Part shown: positions 42,440 through 52,394 of the stretch, in pieces | Numbering within the stretch: the first letter of the stretch is position 1 | Layout: the number at the start of each line of letters is the position of its first letter | Assembly (NCBI GenBank): GCA_963674945.2 | Contig: CAXXWQ010000001.1 | Coordinates: forward strand, 96,001 to 160,000 | Direction: 5' to 3' | Source of the DNA: an uncultured Desulfosarcina sp. | GTDB taxonomy: Bacteria; Desulfobacterota; Desulfobacteria; Desulfobacterales; Desulfosarcinaceae | Length of the DNA: 64,000 nucleotides | Position numbers and translations under genes: made by a program | Notes under the pieces: model-generated | What the model saw: the letters and a program-made list of their open reading frames with translations, nothing else | What the model was told of the DNA's origin: nothing | The model's database searches: none

Positions 42440-43148
42440 AAAAACGTGTCCATCCCATCAGATAAGCCGCTCCGGCGATCGTCGTGCCGTAAAAGATGAC
42501 CGGTTTGTTCACCAGAAAGTCCGGCAATGTGCCGTTGACCAGTGTCGTTCCCGTAACCAGCAGAAGATCGGCCCAGTTCTCGGCCGGTTGCGCAGCCACC
42601 GGGGCTTCGACGGTCACGCCGAATTTGTCTTTGCCGATGTTGTCCTCATCCATGTCCAAAACGCGAACGGGAAACTTGGCGGCCAGAGTTTCCACCATCC
42701 GTGGTTGAAAGCCGATGATGCTGATTTTGATGTTGCCGTAGCGGTTTTCAATGTGGTCGGCGAGGGCTTGCGCACATTGTTCGGGCCCCTTGTCACGGCA
42801 GTGCACCGTTTTCTGGATCAGACCCAGGCGCCGGAGTGCTGCATTCATGGAGGCCACGAAAATCGCCCGGCGAAAATTGTTGGTCAGCGGGGTTTTCAAA
42901 ATCGTCTCCAGGGTACCCTCGTAATCGCCGAAGCGGTCGGTAAACGCCTGGCCCAGAGCTCCGCCAATGTTTGCCTGCATCAGACGCTCTTTTCCCTTTT
43001 GGAGCGGAAAATCATTCGCCTCCGGATTGCCGATGGCCTCTTCGGTACTCAAGGCGCGGGCTCTGACCTGTACCGTTTCACCCATCAGCCCATGCCGGCA
43101 AAAAATTTCCGCGGCCTTATTCGTCAGTTCGCAATAAACGTTTTTCAT
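42423..43148 (-). CDS. DUF364-type Rossmann-like protein (putative metal chelation)
   Basis: EEAIGNP...FPL.KGKE, GQAFTD, RAIFVA..NA and TGTTLVNGT. Confidence 0.7.
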   Translation of the reverse strand: MKNVYCELTNKAAEIFCRHGLMGETVQVRARALSTEEAIGNPEANDFPLQKGKERLMQANIGGALGQAFTDRFGDYEGTLETILKTPLTNNFRRAIFVASMNAALRRLGLIQKTVHCRDKGPEQCAQALADHIENRYGNIKISIIGFQPRMVETLAAKFPVRVLDMDEDNIGKDKFGVTVEAPVAAQPAENWADLLLVTGTTLVNGTLPDFLVNKPVIFYGTTIAGAAYLMGWTRFCESSS

Positions 43149-43213
43149 AGGGGATGTGATCCGTTTCCGTGTCGGGCACAAATGCCAGACCCATTGTCAT
43201 AAAATCCGATTGA

Positions 43214-43423
43214 CGTTTATAGTTGCCAATCGTATTTTGCAAGTATATCTGTTGATAGAATATTTCAAGATGTTTTTTGATTTTCTCATATGAATGAAAT
43301 GTTTTCATAACCAGTTATAATTCTAAACGAAAGGTATTATTTAGAATTCAATCATTATGAGGCATCGTTGCGTTTGAGGTGTCGAGAAGACGTTTATAAT
43401 TCCCGGTTGACATGTTTACAATA
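43214..43423. promoter_or_regulatory. Divergent promoter with repeated YGTTTANAATT-like motifs and an inverted repeat
   Basis: CGTTTATAGTT at 43214; AATTCTAAA 43319-43327 inverted against TTTAGAATT 43340-43348; CGTTTATAATT at 43391; TGTTTACAATA at 43413. Confidence 0.4.
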
Positions 43424-43497
43424 TATACCCTATTGATTACAGGTAAGGTTGTTTTCGGTTATGCAATCAATAGGGTGAACTCCTTTCCGGAGGGGCC

Positions 43498-44649
43498 ATG
43501 GGACGGAAAAAGAGTCCGAAACGAGACGTCATCACCTGCAACGTCAAGGAGTTTCGGCTGAAAAAAGGCTGGTCGCAGGAGGAACTCGCCGAAAACCTGG
43601 GGCTCCGGCGTCAGGCCGTGTACGATATCGAATCCGGTCGGTACCTGCCCAACACGGCAATCGCCCTCCATCTGGCCCGACTGTTCGGCTGCCGGGTGGA
43701 GGATCTGTTTGTCGAGACCACACCGTCCGAATACACGCCGGTTCAGGTGATCGACCATGCGGTCGAACCATCCACCCGATTGGCTCTGGGGAGGGTGCGT
43801 AACCGGATGATCGGCTTTTCATTGAAAGGAAAAGAGTCAGCCCCTTTCGGCCTGCGGGCCGCCGACGGCCTGCTGGCACCGGACGGAAAAAGCGCTCAGA
43901 TTCTGATGCCGGCCGGCCACCTGGACAAGACGGTCATTTTGATGGGATGTGATCCGGCGTTTGATATTCTTGGTCAGCATGTGACCCGCCTTGCTCCTGA
44001 CGCCCGGGTTCACTGCCGTTTCGCCTCCAGCCACCGCGCCCTCGACAGCCTTTCCCAGGGGGTGGCCCATGTGGCCGGTACCCACCTTCACAACGCTGAC
44101 AAATCCGAGTCCAATGTGGAGGCGGCGCGTCAGCGAATGAAAATGTCCAGTCGGGTGTTCGGTTTTTCCATGATGGAGGAGGGGCTGATGGTGGGGCGGG
44201 GCAATCCCCTGGGGATCCGCGCCGTGACCGATCTGGCACAACCGATGGTACGTTTTGTCAATCGCGAGCCGGGCGCCGCACTGCGGGTGCTGCTGGACGA
44301 CCAATTGGAAAAAGCCGGCATAGGGCCCGATGAGATCAATGGGTTTGGGAACGAAGTGTTTTCCCACCGCGAAGGCGCCTTCCGCATTGCCTGCAACGTG
44401 GCCGACGCCGCTTTGGGGCTTCGTACCATCGCCGAGATGTTCGATCTGGACTTTGTGCCCATAACGGCTGTCCGTTGCGACCTGGTTATACCCGAAGACC
44501 TGCTCGACCACCCCACCATTCGCATCTTGCTCGACACCCTGCAATCCCATCGCCTGCACAGGGAGGTGGGCAGCCTGCCCGGCTACGACAGTTCCGTCAC
44601 CGGTCAGCTGATCGCCGAGTTGGTGTCCGCGGACGCCGCGCAAGTGTGA
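43498..44649 (+). CDS. XRE-HTH plus molybdate-binding PBP-like domain transcriptional regulator
   Basis: WSQEELA...RQAVYDIESGRYLP; GCDPA, AGTHL, GNPLGI, FVNREPG..R and ADAALG. Confidence 0.85.
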   Translation: MGRKKSPKRDVITCNVKEFRLKKGWSQEELAENLGLRRQAVYDIESGRYLPNTAIALHLARLFGCRVEDLFVETTPSEYTPVQVIDHAVEPSTRLALGRVRNRMIGFSLKGKESAPFGLRAADGLLAPDGKSAQILMPAGHLDKTVILMGCDPAFDILGQHVTRLAPDARVHCRFASSHRALDSLSQGVAHVAGTHLHNADKSESNVEAARQRMKMSSRVFGFSMMEEGLMVGRGNPLGIRAVTDLAQPMVRFVNREPGAALRVLLDDQLEKAGIGPDEINGFGNEVFSHREGAFRIACNVADAALGLRTIAEMFDLDFVPITAVRCDLVIPEDLLDHPTIRILLDTLQSHRLHREVGSLPGYDSSVTGQLIAELVSADAAQV

Positions 44650-44799
44650 ACAAACCGGATCGCTTTCCGGCAACGCTCTCATAAATGGGGCGTTCAGGCC
44701 AGAAGGGCGGCGGTGCCATGATCCGACCCGTGGGGGATTGCCGATGATCATTGCTGCCGATGCCTTGACCGAACTGTTGATTACTCTTGGAGATTGACA

Positions 44800-45564
44800 A
44801 TGCGATTGAACGAGAATCTGTACTCTTTTTTCTGTGAGCGGGCGGTCCATGTCCGGGTAACATCACTGACGGTCGGGTTGCGGTACACGGCAGTGACCAC
44901 GGACGATGGCGGCATCGGCATCGCCTATACGGACACCGGCCCCGGCCACTGCTGCGGTATGGGCAAGGACTATCGGGATTTCGAAGGCCTGCCGGCGGTG
45001 GAACTGCTGGCGTGTCTCAAAGAGGGCATGCCGCTGCAACGCAGCATGGCACTGGCGCTGGTCAACGCCTTGAATTACGACGGGGCCGGCGGTCTGCCGG
45101 AGGATACCACGGACAGTATTTGGATGGATGAACTGGAAATCCGTCGCGATACCCGCGTGGCCATGTTGGGTTATTTCCGGCCGCTCATGCATAAATTTGA
45201 GCAGCGCGGCGCCCGGGTCGAAGTGCTCGACGTCGGCCAGGGTATCGGCAACCGCGACGATTTTTACCGCAAACTGGACGGATGGGCCGAGGCGGTGCTG
45301 CTCACCGCCACCGCCATTATCAACAACACCGCCGAAGAGGTGCTCGGCCGCCTGTCCCAAGGCGCAAAAGTCGCCATACTGGGACCGAGTACGCCCCTGG
45401 TGCCGCAGGCATTCGCGCATCTTCCGGTTTGCCTGCTGGCCGGCACCGTGCCGGTGGATAAGGAGGGGGTTCTCAAGGCCGTGCGGCATGGCCAGGGCAC
45501 GCCGGTCATCCACCGCTTCAGCCGCAAGGCGGTAGTCATTGTTGAGAGACCTGTTTCCCGGTAA
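44800..45564 (+). CDS. DUF4213/DUF364 family protein
   Basis: GLRYTAV...G.G.A, ALA.VNAL, G.F.P, TATAIINNT and LGPSTP; GHCC motif. Confidence 0.75.
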   Translation: MRLNENLYSFFCERAVHVRVTSLTVGLRYTAVTTDDGGIGIAYTDTGPGHCCGMGKDYRDFEGLPAVELLACLKEGMPLQRSMALALVNALNYDGAGGLPEDTTDSIWMDELEIRRDTRVAMLGYFRPLMHKFEQRGARVEVLDVGQGIGNRDDFYRKLDGWAEAVLLTATAIINNTAEEVLGRLSQGAKVAILGPSTPLVPQAFAHLPVCLLAGTVPVDKEGVLKAVRHGQGTPVIHRFSRKAVVIVERPVSR

Positions 45565-46018
45565 ATTTGCGCGCGACACAATTTCACGCAAATCCGTACG
45601 GGCTTGCATCCCTGACACCTCTCCAGAAGAGGCTTTCAATCCGTTTCTGTGACGTTCCTGGTTGAGATCCCGGCGTCGATTTCCGATCAGTCTTCTTCCT
45701 GGTGACGTATAAAAATTATAAATGACAAGTAAAACATTGGGTGAAGTCTGCCCTGGGCGTTAGAAACACCATTCACGTACGATAATTGATCCAACCACCC
45801 AATCTCTAGATCACCGAACATCCCTGGGACCCTTCCGATCTCAACGACTCAACCAACAGGTCAGAGAGCAACGTGTAGAACGGCTCTATTTCGTGGTGTT
45901 CCGACAAAAGAACGCAAGGAACCAGGTTCGGACTTCCAATAAATGCCGAATTTACAAATAATGTCGTAAATACAAAGTCTTGTCACGGTCAGTGCATTGT
46001 GATATAGATTAAATCTAT

Positions 46019-47066
46019 CTGGGGTATGCACTTAAATCCAGCACATACTATATGTTGTGGCCCAGGTCATCGTCAATTGGATCGAGATTTAAATTTGCTG
46101 CCCCTTCCAAAAACGGTAACGATGCACCTTTAAGAGTACTAGCTGGGGCAGGGTCCACCATCACGGCCTGTTGGACCAGCCTGTAAAATAGTTTTCCGCG
46201 AGACACTGATGTTCTACGGTTGAACCTGAATGTGAATTCATCCAAATAGTACATCAAATGAGACGGTCTGACCGCCCCTTGATAAGTACCAAGTAACCAT
46301 CGTTTCATGAGCGACGCTACCAAATGTACAATCTTCAAGTCATGCGATGGAATCGCAATATGCTTAAATCCTTTATCGCCAAGGCTGCTATAGCCGGGCC
46401 AATCATCCGTCCTGATGGTGCTGCCTGGCTGGGCGATTTCTTGTACAAATTGAGTCAGACTATCTCCCGATGCGTCTTCGAGGTGCCAGAGTCTAATTCG
46501 CCCAATTCCTTTTCGGCCTTTATCCTCCACGGCAATACCGACCAAAGCTTTACCTTCAGCACCCCGACCGCGTTTTCCAGACTTTTTCCCACCGACATAG
46601 GTTTCATCAACTTCAACAATCCCGGACAATCGGTCACGTCCTGGACGAACCATTGCTCTTCGAAGTTTATGGAGCCATTGCCAGGCGGTATTATAACTCC
46701 CAAGGTTAAGTACTCTCTGAAGCCCAAGTGCATTAGCTCCGTACTTCTGACCTGTAATGTGCCACATAGCCCGAAACCAAAGAGACAAGGGCTTTCTGGT
46801 GCCGTGAAAAATTGTACCGGAAGTTATCGTAGATTGATTTCCACAATCAGTACAATGAAACTGGGATCGTTTAGTTCTCCACGAGGATGCAGAACCGCAA
46901 TGAGGGCAACGGAAGCCTTCGGGCCATCTAAGAGCCATCAAATAGTCAGTGCATCCAGCTTCAGAGCTAAATCGTTTTTCAAATTCTATCAACGTTCTGG
47001 GGTAATCTTCCTCCATAGACTGGTACACTATATGTTGTGGCCACTGGAGTCAAGTGCATACCCCAG
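46019..47066 (-). mobile_element. IS1595-family insertion sequence (ISSod11-like), apparently intact
   Basis: 23-bp TIRs CTGGGGTATGCACTTAAATCCAG / CTGGGGTATGCACTTGACTCCAG (2 mismatches); flanking direct repeat TTAAATCTAT at 46009-46018 and 47067-47076. Confidence 0.92.
46048..47028 (-). CDS. IS1595-family transposase
   Basis: Zinc ribbon CPHC...CTDC; VEVDETY, TDDW and VH..ASL.KRWLLGT; YLDEF.FRFNRR. Confidence 0.95.
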   Translation of the reverse strand: MYQSMEEDYPRTLIEFEKRFSSEAGCTDYLMALRWPEGFRCPHCGSASSWRTKRSQFHCTDCGNQSTITSGTIFHGTRKPLSLWFRAMWHITGQKYGANALGLQRVLNLGSYNTAWQWLHKLRRAMVRPGRDRLSGIVEVDETYVGGKKSGKRGRGAEGKALVGIAVEDKGRKGIGRIRLWHLEDASGDSLTQFVQEIAQPGSTIRTDDWPGYSSLGDKGFKHIAIPSHDLKIVHLVASLMKRWLLGTYQGAVRPSHLMYYLDEFTFRFNRRTSVSRGKLFYRLVQQAVMVDPAPASTLKGASLPFLEGAANLNLDPIDDDLGHNI

Positions 47067-47297
47067 TTAAATCTATTTCTTTAGGAATAATTATAGAAAA
47101 AATGAATCATGCTGCCCCAATTTCAAGGCCAGCAAAGAAAATGAATTTCTATCGGTTATCAATCAAACAATGGCAATTGCATGAATTAACCTTTCTGACA
47201 TTCTTGATTGTGGCAGTATTTGAACTTCGGCAATTTTTTCTGGTTTGCGCATTTGGCTCCAACCAGTTTCCATACCAAATAGTTAGGGAACGTTTCT

Positions 47298-47582
47298 ATG
47301 ACGCTGACGAAAAACGATATCGTCGAAGAGATCCAGAACCAGATTGTTATAACCAAGAATCAGGCGCAAGAAATCACAAAAGCCCTGCTCGAGATCATGA
47401 AGTCGACAATGGAGTCCGGTGAGGACGTCCTGGTTTCCGGTTTCGGGAAATTTTGCGTAAGGGATAAGGCCGAACGGAGAGGCCGTAATCCAGCTACCGG
47501 CAAAGATGCAATTTTGCCGGCACGAAGGGTTGTGACGTTCAAGTGTTCGGATAAGTTGAGAGAAAAGGTGAATGGATTGTGA
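47298..47582 (+). CDS. ihfA: Integration host factor alpha-like protein
   Basis: MTLTKNDI...SGFGKF.V..K..RRGRNP.TG...RRVVTF. Confidence 0.8.
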   Translation: MTLTKNDIVEEIQNQIVITKNQAQEITKALLEIMKSTMESGEDVLVSGFGKFCVRDKAERRGRNPATGKDAILPARRVVTFKCSDKLREKVNGL

Positions 47583-47665
47583 AGCAAGTGCCGGAGAGAC
47601 GCAAAAATCTTCTCATGCGTCAAATTGAACGAAAAACGCAGTTACTAAGAAAGAGATGCGGAAAA

Positions 47666-47896
47666 ATGAAAGATTTTTTAGGGGAGATTGCAAGGCAACT
47701 CGTGGATTTTCCAGATCAGGTAAAAGTAAATGAAATCGAAAGTGAACAAACGATTATAATTGAACTGTCGGTAGCCAAGGAAGACTTTGGAAAAATCATA
47801 GGGACAAAAGGCAAGAATATAAATGCCATTCGCACCATTATGACTGGAATATCAGGAAAGATTCACAAACGTGTGATTCTCGAATTAGTTGAATGA
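47666..47896 (+). CDS. khpA: KH-domain RNA-binding protein (KhpA/YlqC family)
   Basis: LVD.PDQV.V...ELSVAKED.GK.IGTKG...AIRT. Confidence 0.8.
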   Translation: MKDFLGEIARQLVDFPDQVKVNEIESEQTIIIELSVAKEDFGKIIGTKGKNINAIRTIMTGISGKIHKRVILELVE

Positions 47897-47961
47897 TCGT
47901 GTTCATCTTCCTCGACACGGAAACCACCGGGAAAAAGATAGGGACGTCTCTTGCTATCTGA
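47893..47961 (+). pseudogene. 5' stub of a DEDD 3'-5' exonuclease
   Basis: ATGA overlap with the khpA stop; MIVFIFLDTETTG (ExoI motif), then the frame terminates. Confidence 0.55.
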
Positions 47962-48132
47962 ATAACATATTCAATCAACGTGTCTCCTGAATCAATGGTT
48001 GGAGAAACCCCGCCTTGCCAGAAAAGTTCGTATCTTCCTTGGCTGGTAATTTGCATATATACCAGTTCGGGGGTCTCCTCGAAAAGCCCGATGTATATGG
48101 GCATCAGAATGTGGTCCGATGGCAAAGAAAAT

Positions 48133-48403
48133 ATGAGGGCACAACAATCGAGAATTCTAAAAGAAAGCCGTCACGCGGTTTGCCGAGAAGGATTACGGCA
48201 TCGCCATAGCATCCCGAAATCGTGCCGTCGAATACAGCGTCGTTTGCCGTTGGAAAACACGGTTTGCTGAAGATTATTAAAAAACGCCTTTGCCGGTAAA
48301 ACCAAACACCGTCCTGCCGATGAGGCGTTTCGTAAACTCCAAAAAGAACTTCAAAGCAAAGACCAACTACCGTCTCAACCTGTCGGTAGCGCAAAACCTT
48401 TTA
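48133..48403 (+). pseudogene. IS3-family transposase remnant
   Basis: OrfA-like EKDYGIAIASRN..VEYSVVCRWK and NAFAGK; OrfB-like KKNFKAKTNYRLNLSVAQNLL. Confidence 0.55.
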
Positions 48404-48420
48404 ATAAAGGAGATATTGAG

Positions 48421-48804
48421 ATGGGAAAAATTTTTAAAGCTTCAGTTCAATATAATGATTTGTTGGGTACAGTCGCTGCTGATATAAGTAACAAAAACAG
48501 CCCATTTAAATGGTTATCAGAAAAGAAATTGATCGACAACGGTGAACTCGTTATTGGAACCTCGATGTATTCCGGAAAGTCTCTTGGTTCGCATAAAGAT
48601 CCTGTATATGTCACTTTTTTGGTTACGGATCTAAAAAAAAACAAAAATGTACTCGAGAAGCTTGATTCCATTGACGGACCGATACAAATCAGAAAGATAG
48701 ACGTGGACATGAATCTTGCAGATTTTTTTTCATTATTTAAACGTTTTGAGGTAACACTATCAGCAAAAGGCATGATGGAAGGTCAACAGTATCGCGCCGA
48801 ATAA
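48421..48804 (+). CDS. Hypothetical protein (AT-rich, probably foreign)
   Basis: AAGGAG RBS; 127 aa; no family recognised. Confidence 0.65.
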   Translation: MGKIFKASVQYNDLLGTVAADISNKNSPFKWLSEKKLIDNGELVIGTSMYSGKSLGSHKDPVYVTFLVTDLKKNKNVLEKLDSIDGPIQIRKIDVDMNLADFFSLFKRFEVTLSAKGMMEGQQYRAE

Positions 48805-48904
48805 GTCGGTGAGCCACTAAAAATACGGTTGATACAGAAGAATCACTTGTTTAGGATCACCTAATTGCATTACACCACGTTCAACCGGCAACCGAGCGCT
48901 TTGG

Positions 48905-49340
48905 TTATCCAAACATTCCAAACGCTTTATCCTCAGAGGCGCTTTGATGCTTCGGATATGGAAAGCGCCTCGGATTAGACCCACCATGTACATTGATATG
49001 CTTGGAAGGACAAGCAATAAGGTGAAAGATTTCTATGATATTTTGTGAGTGCAGCCAGTTTGGGTTCGATGGGAAAACGTTATCAGAAGCCATCAGGTTG
49101 ACATTGGAGCAGCGTGGAACAGAACTTCCCGACGAAATTGTTTCCTTTTCACAGGAGTTTATCGCGGCAAAAAGAAGTCAATGGAATGCTTTTAGGAAAA
49201 AGCTCGGACAAGACCATGTTCCTGCTGAGTTCGAACATATTGTCATGACGATCAAAGAATTTATTGATCCGATAGCATCCGCCTTGGCTTCGAGGAAGCC
49301 TCCACCTTCGAGATGGTCTGCATCTGGTCCATGGGCATAG
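48905..49340 (+). pseudogene. AbiEii-family nucleotidyltransferase toxin remnant (internally deleted)
   Basis: RFILRGALMLRIW..RPTMYIDMLG fused directly to KDFYDI*, then QFGFDG..L.EAIR.T...RGT.LP in another frame. Confidence 0.75.
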
Positions 49341-49342
49341 TT

Positions 49343-52276
49343 ATGGATTATAAGGCATTACTCGGAAAATATACTGTTTTATTGGAAGAGGTAGAGCGAT
49401 TAAGAAAAGAAAATAGCCGTTTAAGAGCCCAACTTGAGATAGCGACGACCGAGCCTCCCGGAAATACTTCTGAAGATTTAAAAATCGTTGAAAAAACGCC
49501 TTGCGAGGAATCTATTACCTATAATTCCAAATCGGTTGTAGACAATACGTCGGATTCCTCCGATAAAATTCACCTTTTTATGTCGCTTTTTAAAGGCCGC
49601 AGTGATGTTTATGCAAAGCGATGGGAAAACAAAAACAGAGGCATATCCGGCTATTCACCTGTTTGCCTCAATCAATGGCAGGCAGGAGTGTGCAAAAAGC
49701 CCAAAATTTCCTGTTCGAAATGTGAAAACAAAGACTATGCTGCCCTGGATGAAAATGCCATTGAAAATCATCTGAGAGGGAATATCGTTGTTGGCGTTTA
49801 TCCAATGCTGCAGGATGAAACATGCCACCTCTTGGCAGTCGATTTTGACGAAGCAGACTGGCAAAGGGATATTTCCGTTTTCAGAGATGTTTGTACTGAT
49901 TTCTCTATTCCTGTCGCTGTTGAGCGGTCACGTTCAGGCAACGGTGGGCATGTATGGTTTTTCTTTGAAACACCTGTTCCCGCTGCTTTTGCACGTAAAT
50001 TTGGAACGATCCTGCTTACCACTGCCATGAACAAAAGGCATGAGATACAATTCAAGTCCTATGATCGACTGTTTCCCAGCCAGGACACCATGCCTAAAGG
50101 GGGCTTAGGTAATTTGATTGCATTGCCGTTACAAAAAGCGGCAAGAGAGACGTTCAATAGTGAATTTATCGATGAGCATTTCCAATCCTATGAGGACCAA
50201 TGGGCATTTTTATCCACAGTCCAAAAAATTTCTCACAACCGAATTGAAGAAGTTGTTTCCGAGCTTGGCGAGGGGAATGAACTGGGCGTATTGAAACAGG
50301 ATGAAGAAGAGGGTGCTGAAAAACCGTGGGAAACTTCGAAAACCAAAATCGAGTTACAGAGAGATGATTTCCCAAAGCGAATCGAAATCGTCAGAGCAAA
50401 TATGCTGTTCATCCCAAAGGAGGGGATCTCCCAAAAGGCGATGAATCGGCTAAAACGGTTCGCGTCCTTTAAAAACCCGATGTTTTACAGACAGCAAGCC
50501 ATGCGTTTGCCGACCTATGGACATCCACGGGTCATCTCCTGTGCAGATGAAACAGAAGCGTACCTGTGCTTGCCAAGAGGATGCGAATCCGAACTGGTTT
50601 CCGAACTGGAAAAACTGGGAATCGAAATCCAGCACATCGATAAAACACATCAAGGTAGAAGGATTGATGTGGAATTCAATGGCCAACTTAGAGATGAGCA
50701 ATCCTTGGCCCTCAGCCACCTGTTACAAAACGATACCGGAATTCTGTCAGGCACAACAGCATTTGGCAAAACAATTGTGGCGATTAAACTGATTGCCGAG
50801 AAAAAAGTGAATACGCTTATCTTGGTTGATAAAGTCAGCCTGCTGTCGCAGTGGAAAGAAAAACTATTGGAATTTCTGATGGTGAAGGAGCCGCTGCCGG
50901 AGCAGCCCGCCACCCCAGCAAAGAAAAGGGGGCGAAAAAAGAAAGTAAGTCTCATCGGCCAATTGGGTTCCGGAAAAAAGTCCTTGAGCGGCATTGTTGA
51001 TATTGCCGTGATGCAATCACTCAGCCGAAAAGGTGAGGTTAAGGAATGCGTGAAAAATTACGGGATGATCATTGCTGATGAGTGTCACCATGCATCGGCA
51101 TTCACCTATGAACAAATCCTAAAAACAACCAATGCCAAATACATCTACGGACTAACCGCAACGCCAACGCGAAAAGATGGGCATCATCCGATTTTGTTTA
51201 TGCATTGTGGCCCCATTCGTTATCGAGACAATCCTAAAAAGCAGGCAGAGAAAAGACCGTTTGACCATTACATCGTTCCCCGTTTCACGTCGTTGCGGGT
51301 CCCGCTGGATAAAGACGAGCAAGAAGTATCCATCCAGCAATTGTACACCGAGATCATGGAAAGCGATTTTCGGAATCAGCAGATTGTTGATGATGTGCTG
51401 AACAACTATCATCAGGGCAGGAACTGCATTGTATTAAGCCTCAGAACCACCCATGTTGAATCACTCGCCAAAAGACTGAAGGAAAAGGCTACGGACGTTT
51501 TTGCCCTGATGGGCGGAATGGGGAAAAAAGCCACTCGGGAACTCTTTCAACGCATCGCTGACATTCCTGCCGACAGAAATATCATCTTGGTGGCCACCGG
51601 TCATTTTATCGGAGAAGGCTTCGACGAACCACGTCTCGACACTCTCTTTTTGGCCATGCCGATATCATGGAAAGGTACTTTGCAGCAATATGCCGGAAGG
51701 CTCCACCGATTGTATGAGGCAAAAAAAGAGGTTAAAATTTACGATTATGTGGATATCCAGGTAAAGATGCTGGAAAAGATGTATCAAAAACGGCTCAATG
51801 GATACGCTTCCATGGGATACAAGGCCAAAGGCGAGGAAATAGATGACACACCTTTGGATATCATCTTTGATAAAGATAATTTTCTGCCTGTTTTCAATCA
51901 GGATATCAACACCGCAGAGAAAGAAATTTTAATTGTAAGTCCGTTCGTCAGAAAAATGCGCACGCTTCAAATGACGAAACACCTGAAAGTGGTATTGGAA
52001 AAGAATGTCCGTATATTAGTGGTTACCCGTCCTAAAGAAGATTTTAAACCGAAAGATCAGGCCACCATCCAACGGACATTGAACCTGTTAACAGATTGTG
52101 GAGCCAATGTCGTTTTCAAATCCAATATCCACCAAAAATTTGCGGTTATGGATCAAAAGGTCGTGTGGTACGGTAGCATCAATCTGTTGAGCTATGGGAG
52201 TGCCCAGGAAAGCATCATGCGAATAGAAAGTGCCCATATCGCGAACGAATTGGTGAAGAGCATAGAAAGGGCATAA
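49343..52276 (+). CDS. AEP primase-like (TOTE-type) / SF2 ResIII-like helicase / PLD fusion
   Basis: LAVDFD, ERSRSGNGGHVW and DRLFPSQD (AEP); AFGKT, DECHH, TAT, EGFD and QYAGRLHR (helicase); SPF...HQKFAVMD...GSIN (HKD). Confidence 0.88.
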   Translation: MDYKALLGKYTVLLEEVERLRKENSRLRAQLEIATTEPPGNTSEDLKIVEKTPCEESITYNSKSVVDNTSDSSDKIHLFMSLFKGRSDVYAKRWENKNRGISGYSPVCLNQWQAGVCKKPKISCSKCENKDYAALDENAIENHLRGNIVVGVYPMLQDETCHLLAVDFDEADWQRDISVFRDVCTDFSIPVAVERSRSGNGGHVWFFFETPVPAAFARKFGTILLTTAMNKRHEIQFKSYDRLFPSQDTMPKGGLGNLIALPLQKAARETFNSEFIDEHFQSYEDQWAFLSTVQKISHNRIEEVVSELGEGNELGVLKQDEEEGAEKPWETSKTKIELQRDDFPKRIEIVRANMLFIPKEGISQKAMNRLKRFASFKNPMFYRQQAMRLPTYGHPRVISCADETEAYLCLPRGCESELVSELEKLGIEIQHIDKTHQGRRIDVEFNGQLRDEQSLALSHLLQNDTGILSGTTAFGKTIVAIKLIAEKKVNTLILVDKVSLLSQWKEKLLEFLMVKEPLPEQPATPAKKRGRKKKVSLIGQLGSGKKSLSGIVDIAVMQSLSRKGEVKECVKNYGMIIADECHHASAFTYEQILKTTNAKYIYGLTATPTRKDGHHPILFMHCGPIRYRDNPKKQAEKRPFDHYIVPRFTSLRVPLDKDEQEVSIQQLYTEIMESDFRNQQIVDDVLNNYHQGRNCIVLSLRTTHVESLAKRLKEKATDVFALMGGMGKKATRELFQRIADIPADRNIILVATGHFIGEGFDEPRLDTLFLAMPISWKGTLQQYAGRLHRLYEAKKEVKIYDYVDIQVKMLEKMYQKRLNGYASMGYKAKGEEIDDTPLDIIFDKDNFLPVFNQDINTAEKEILIVSPFVRKMRTLQMTKHLKVVLEKNVRILVVTRPKEDFKPKDQATIQRTLNLLTDCGANVVFKSNIHQKFAVMDQKVVWYGSINLLSYGSAQESIMRIESAHIANELVKSIERA

Positions 52277-52354
52277 TCTGAATAGGTGGTTCGCTGAGTG
52301 GATGAAGTGGTAACTTTTGGGTATTGTCGATTATAGGTTGATAACTATTTGATA

Positions 52355-52390
52355 AAAAAATAAACCCGGCCAATTTTGACCGGGTATTTT
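52355..52390. terminator. Hairpin terminator downstream of tRNA-Asn
   Basis: AAAAAATAAACCCGGCCAATTTTGACCGGGTATTTT. Confidence 0.65.
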
Positions 52391-52394
52391 AGTT

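Noticed and set aside
47252..47260. TTTGGCTCC matching the tRNA-Asn 3' end as a possible att site
   Set aside because: Only 9 bp, which can occur by chance, and there is no integrase nearby.
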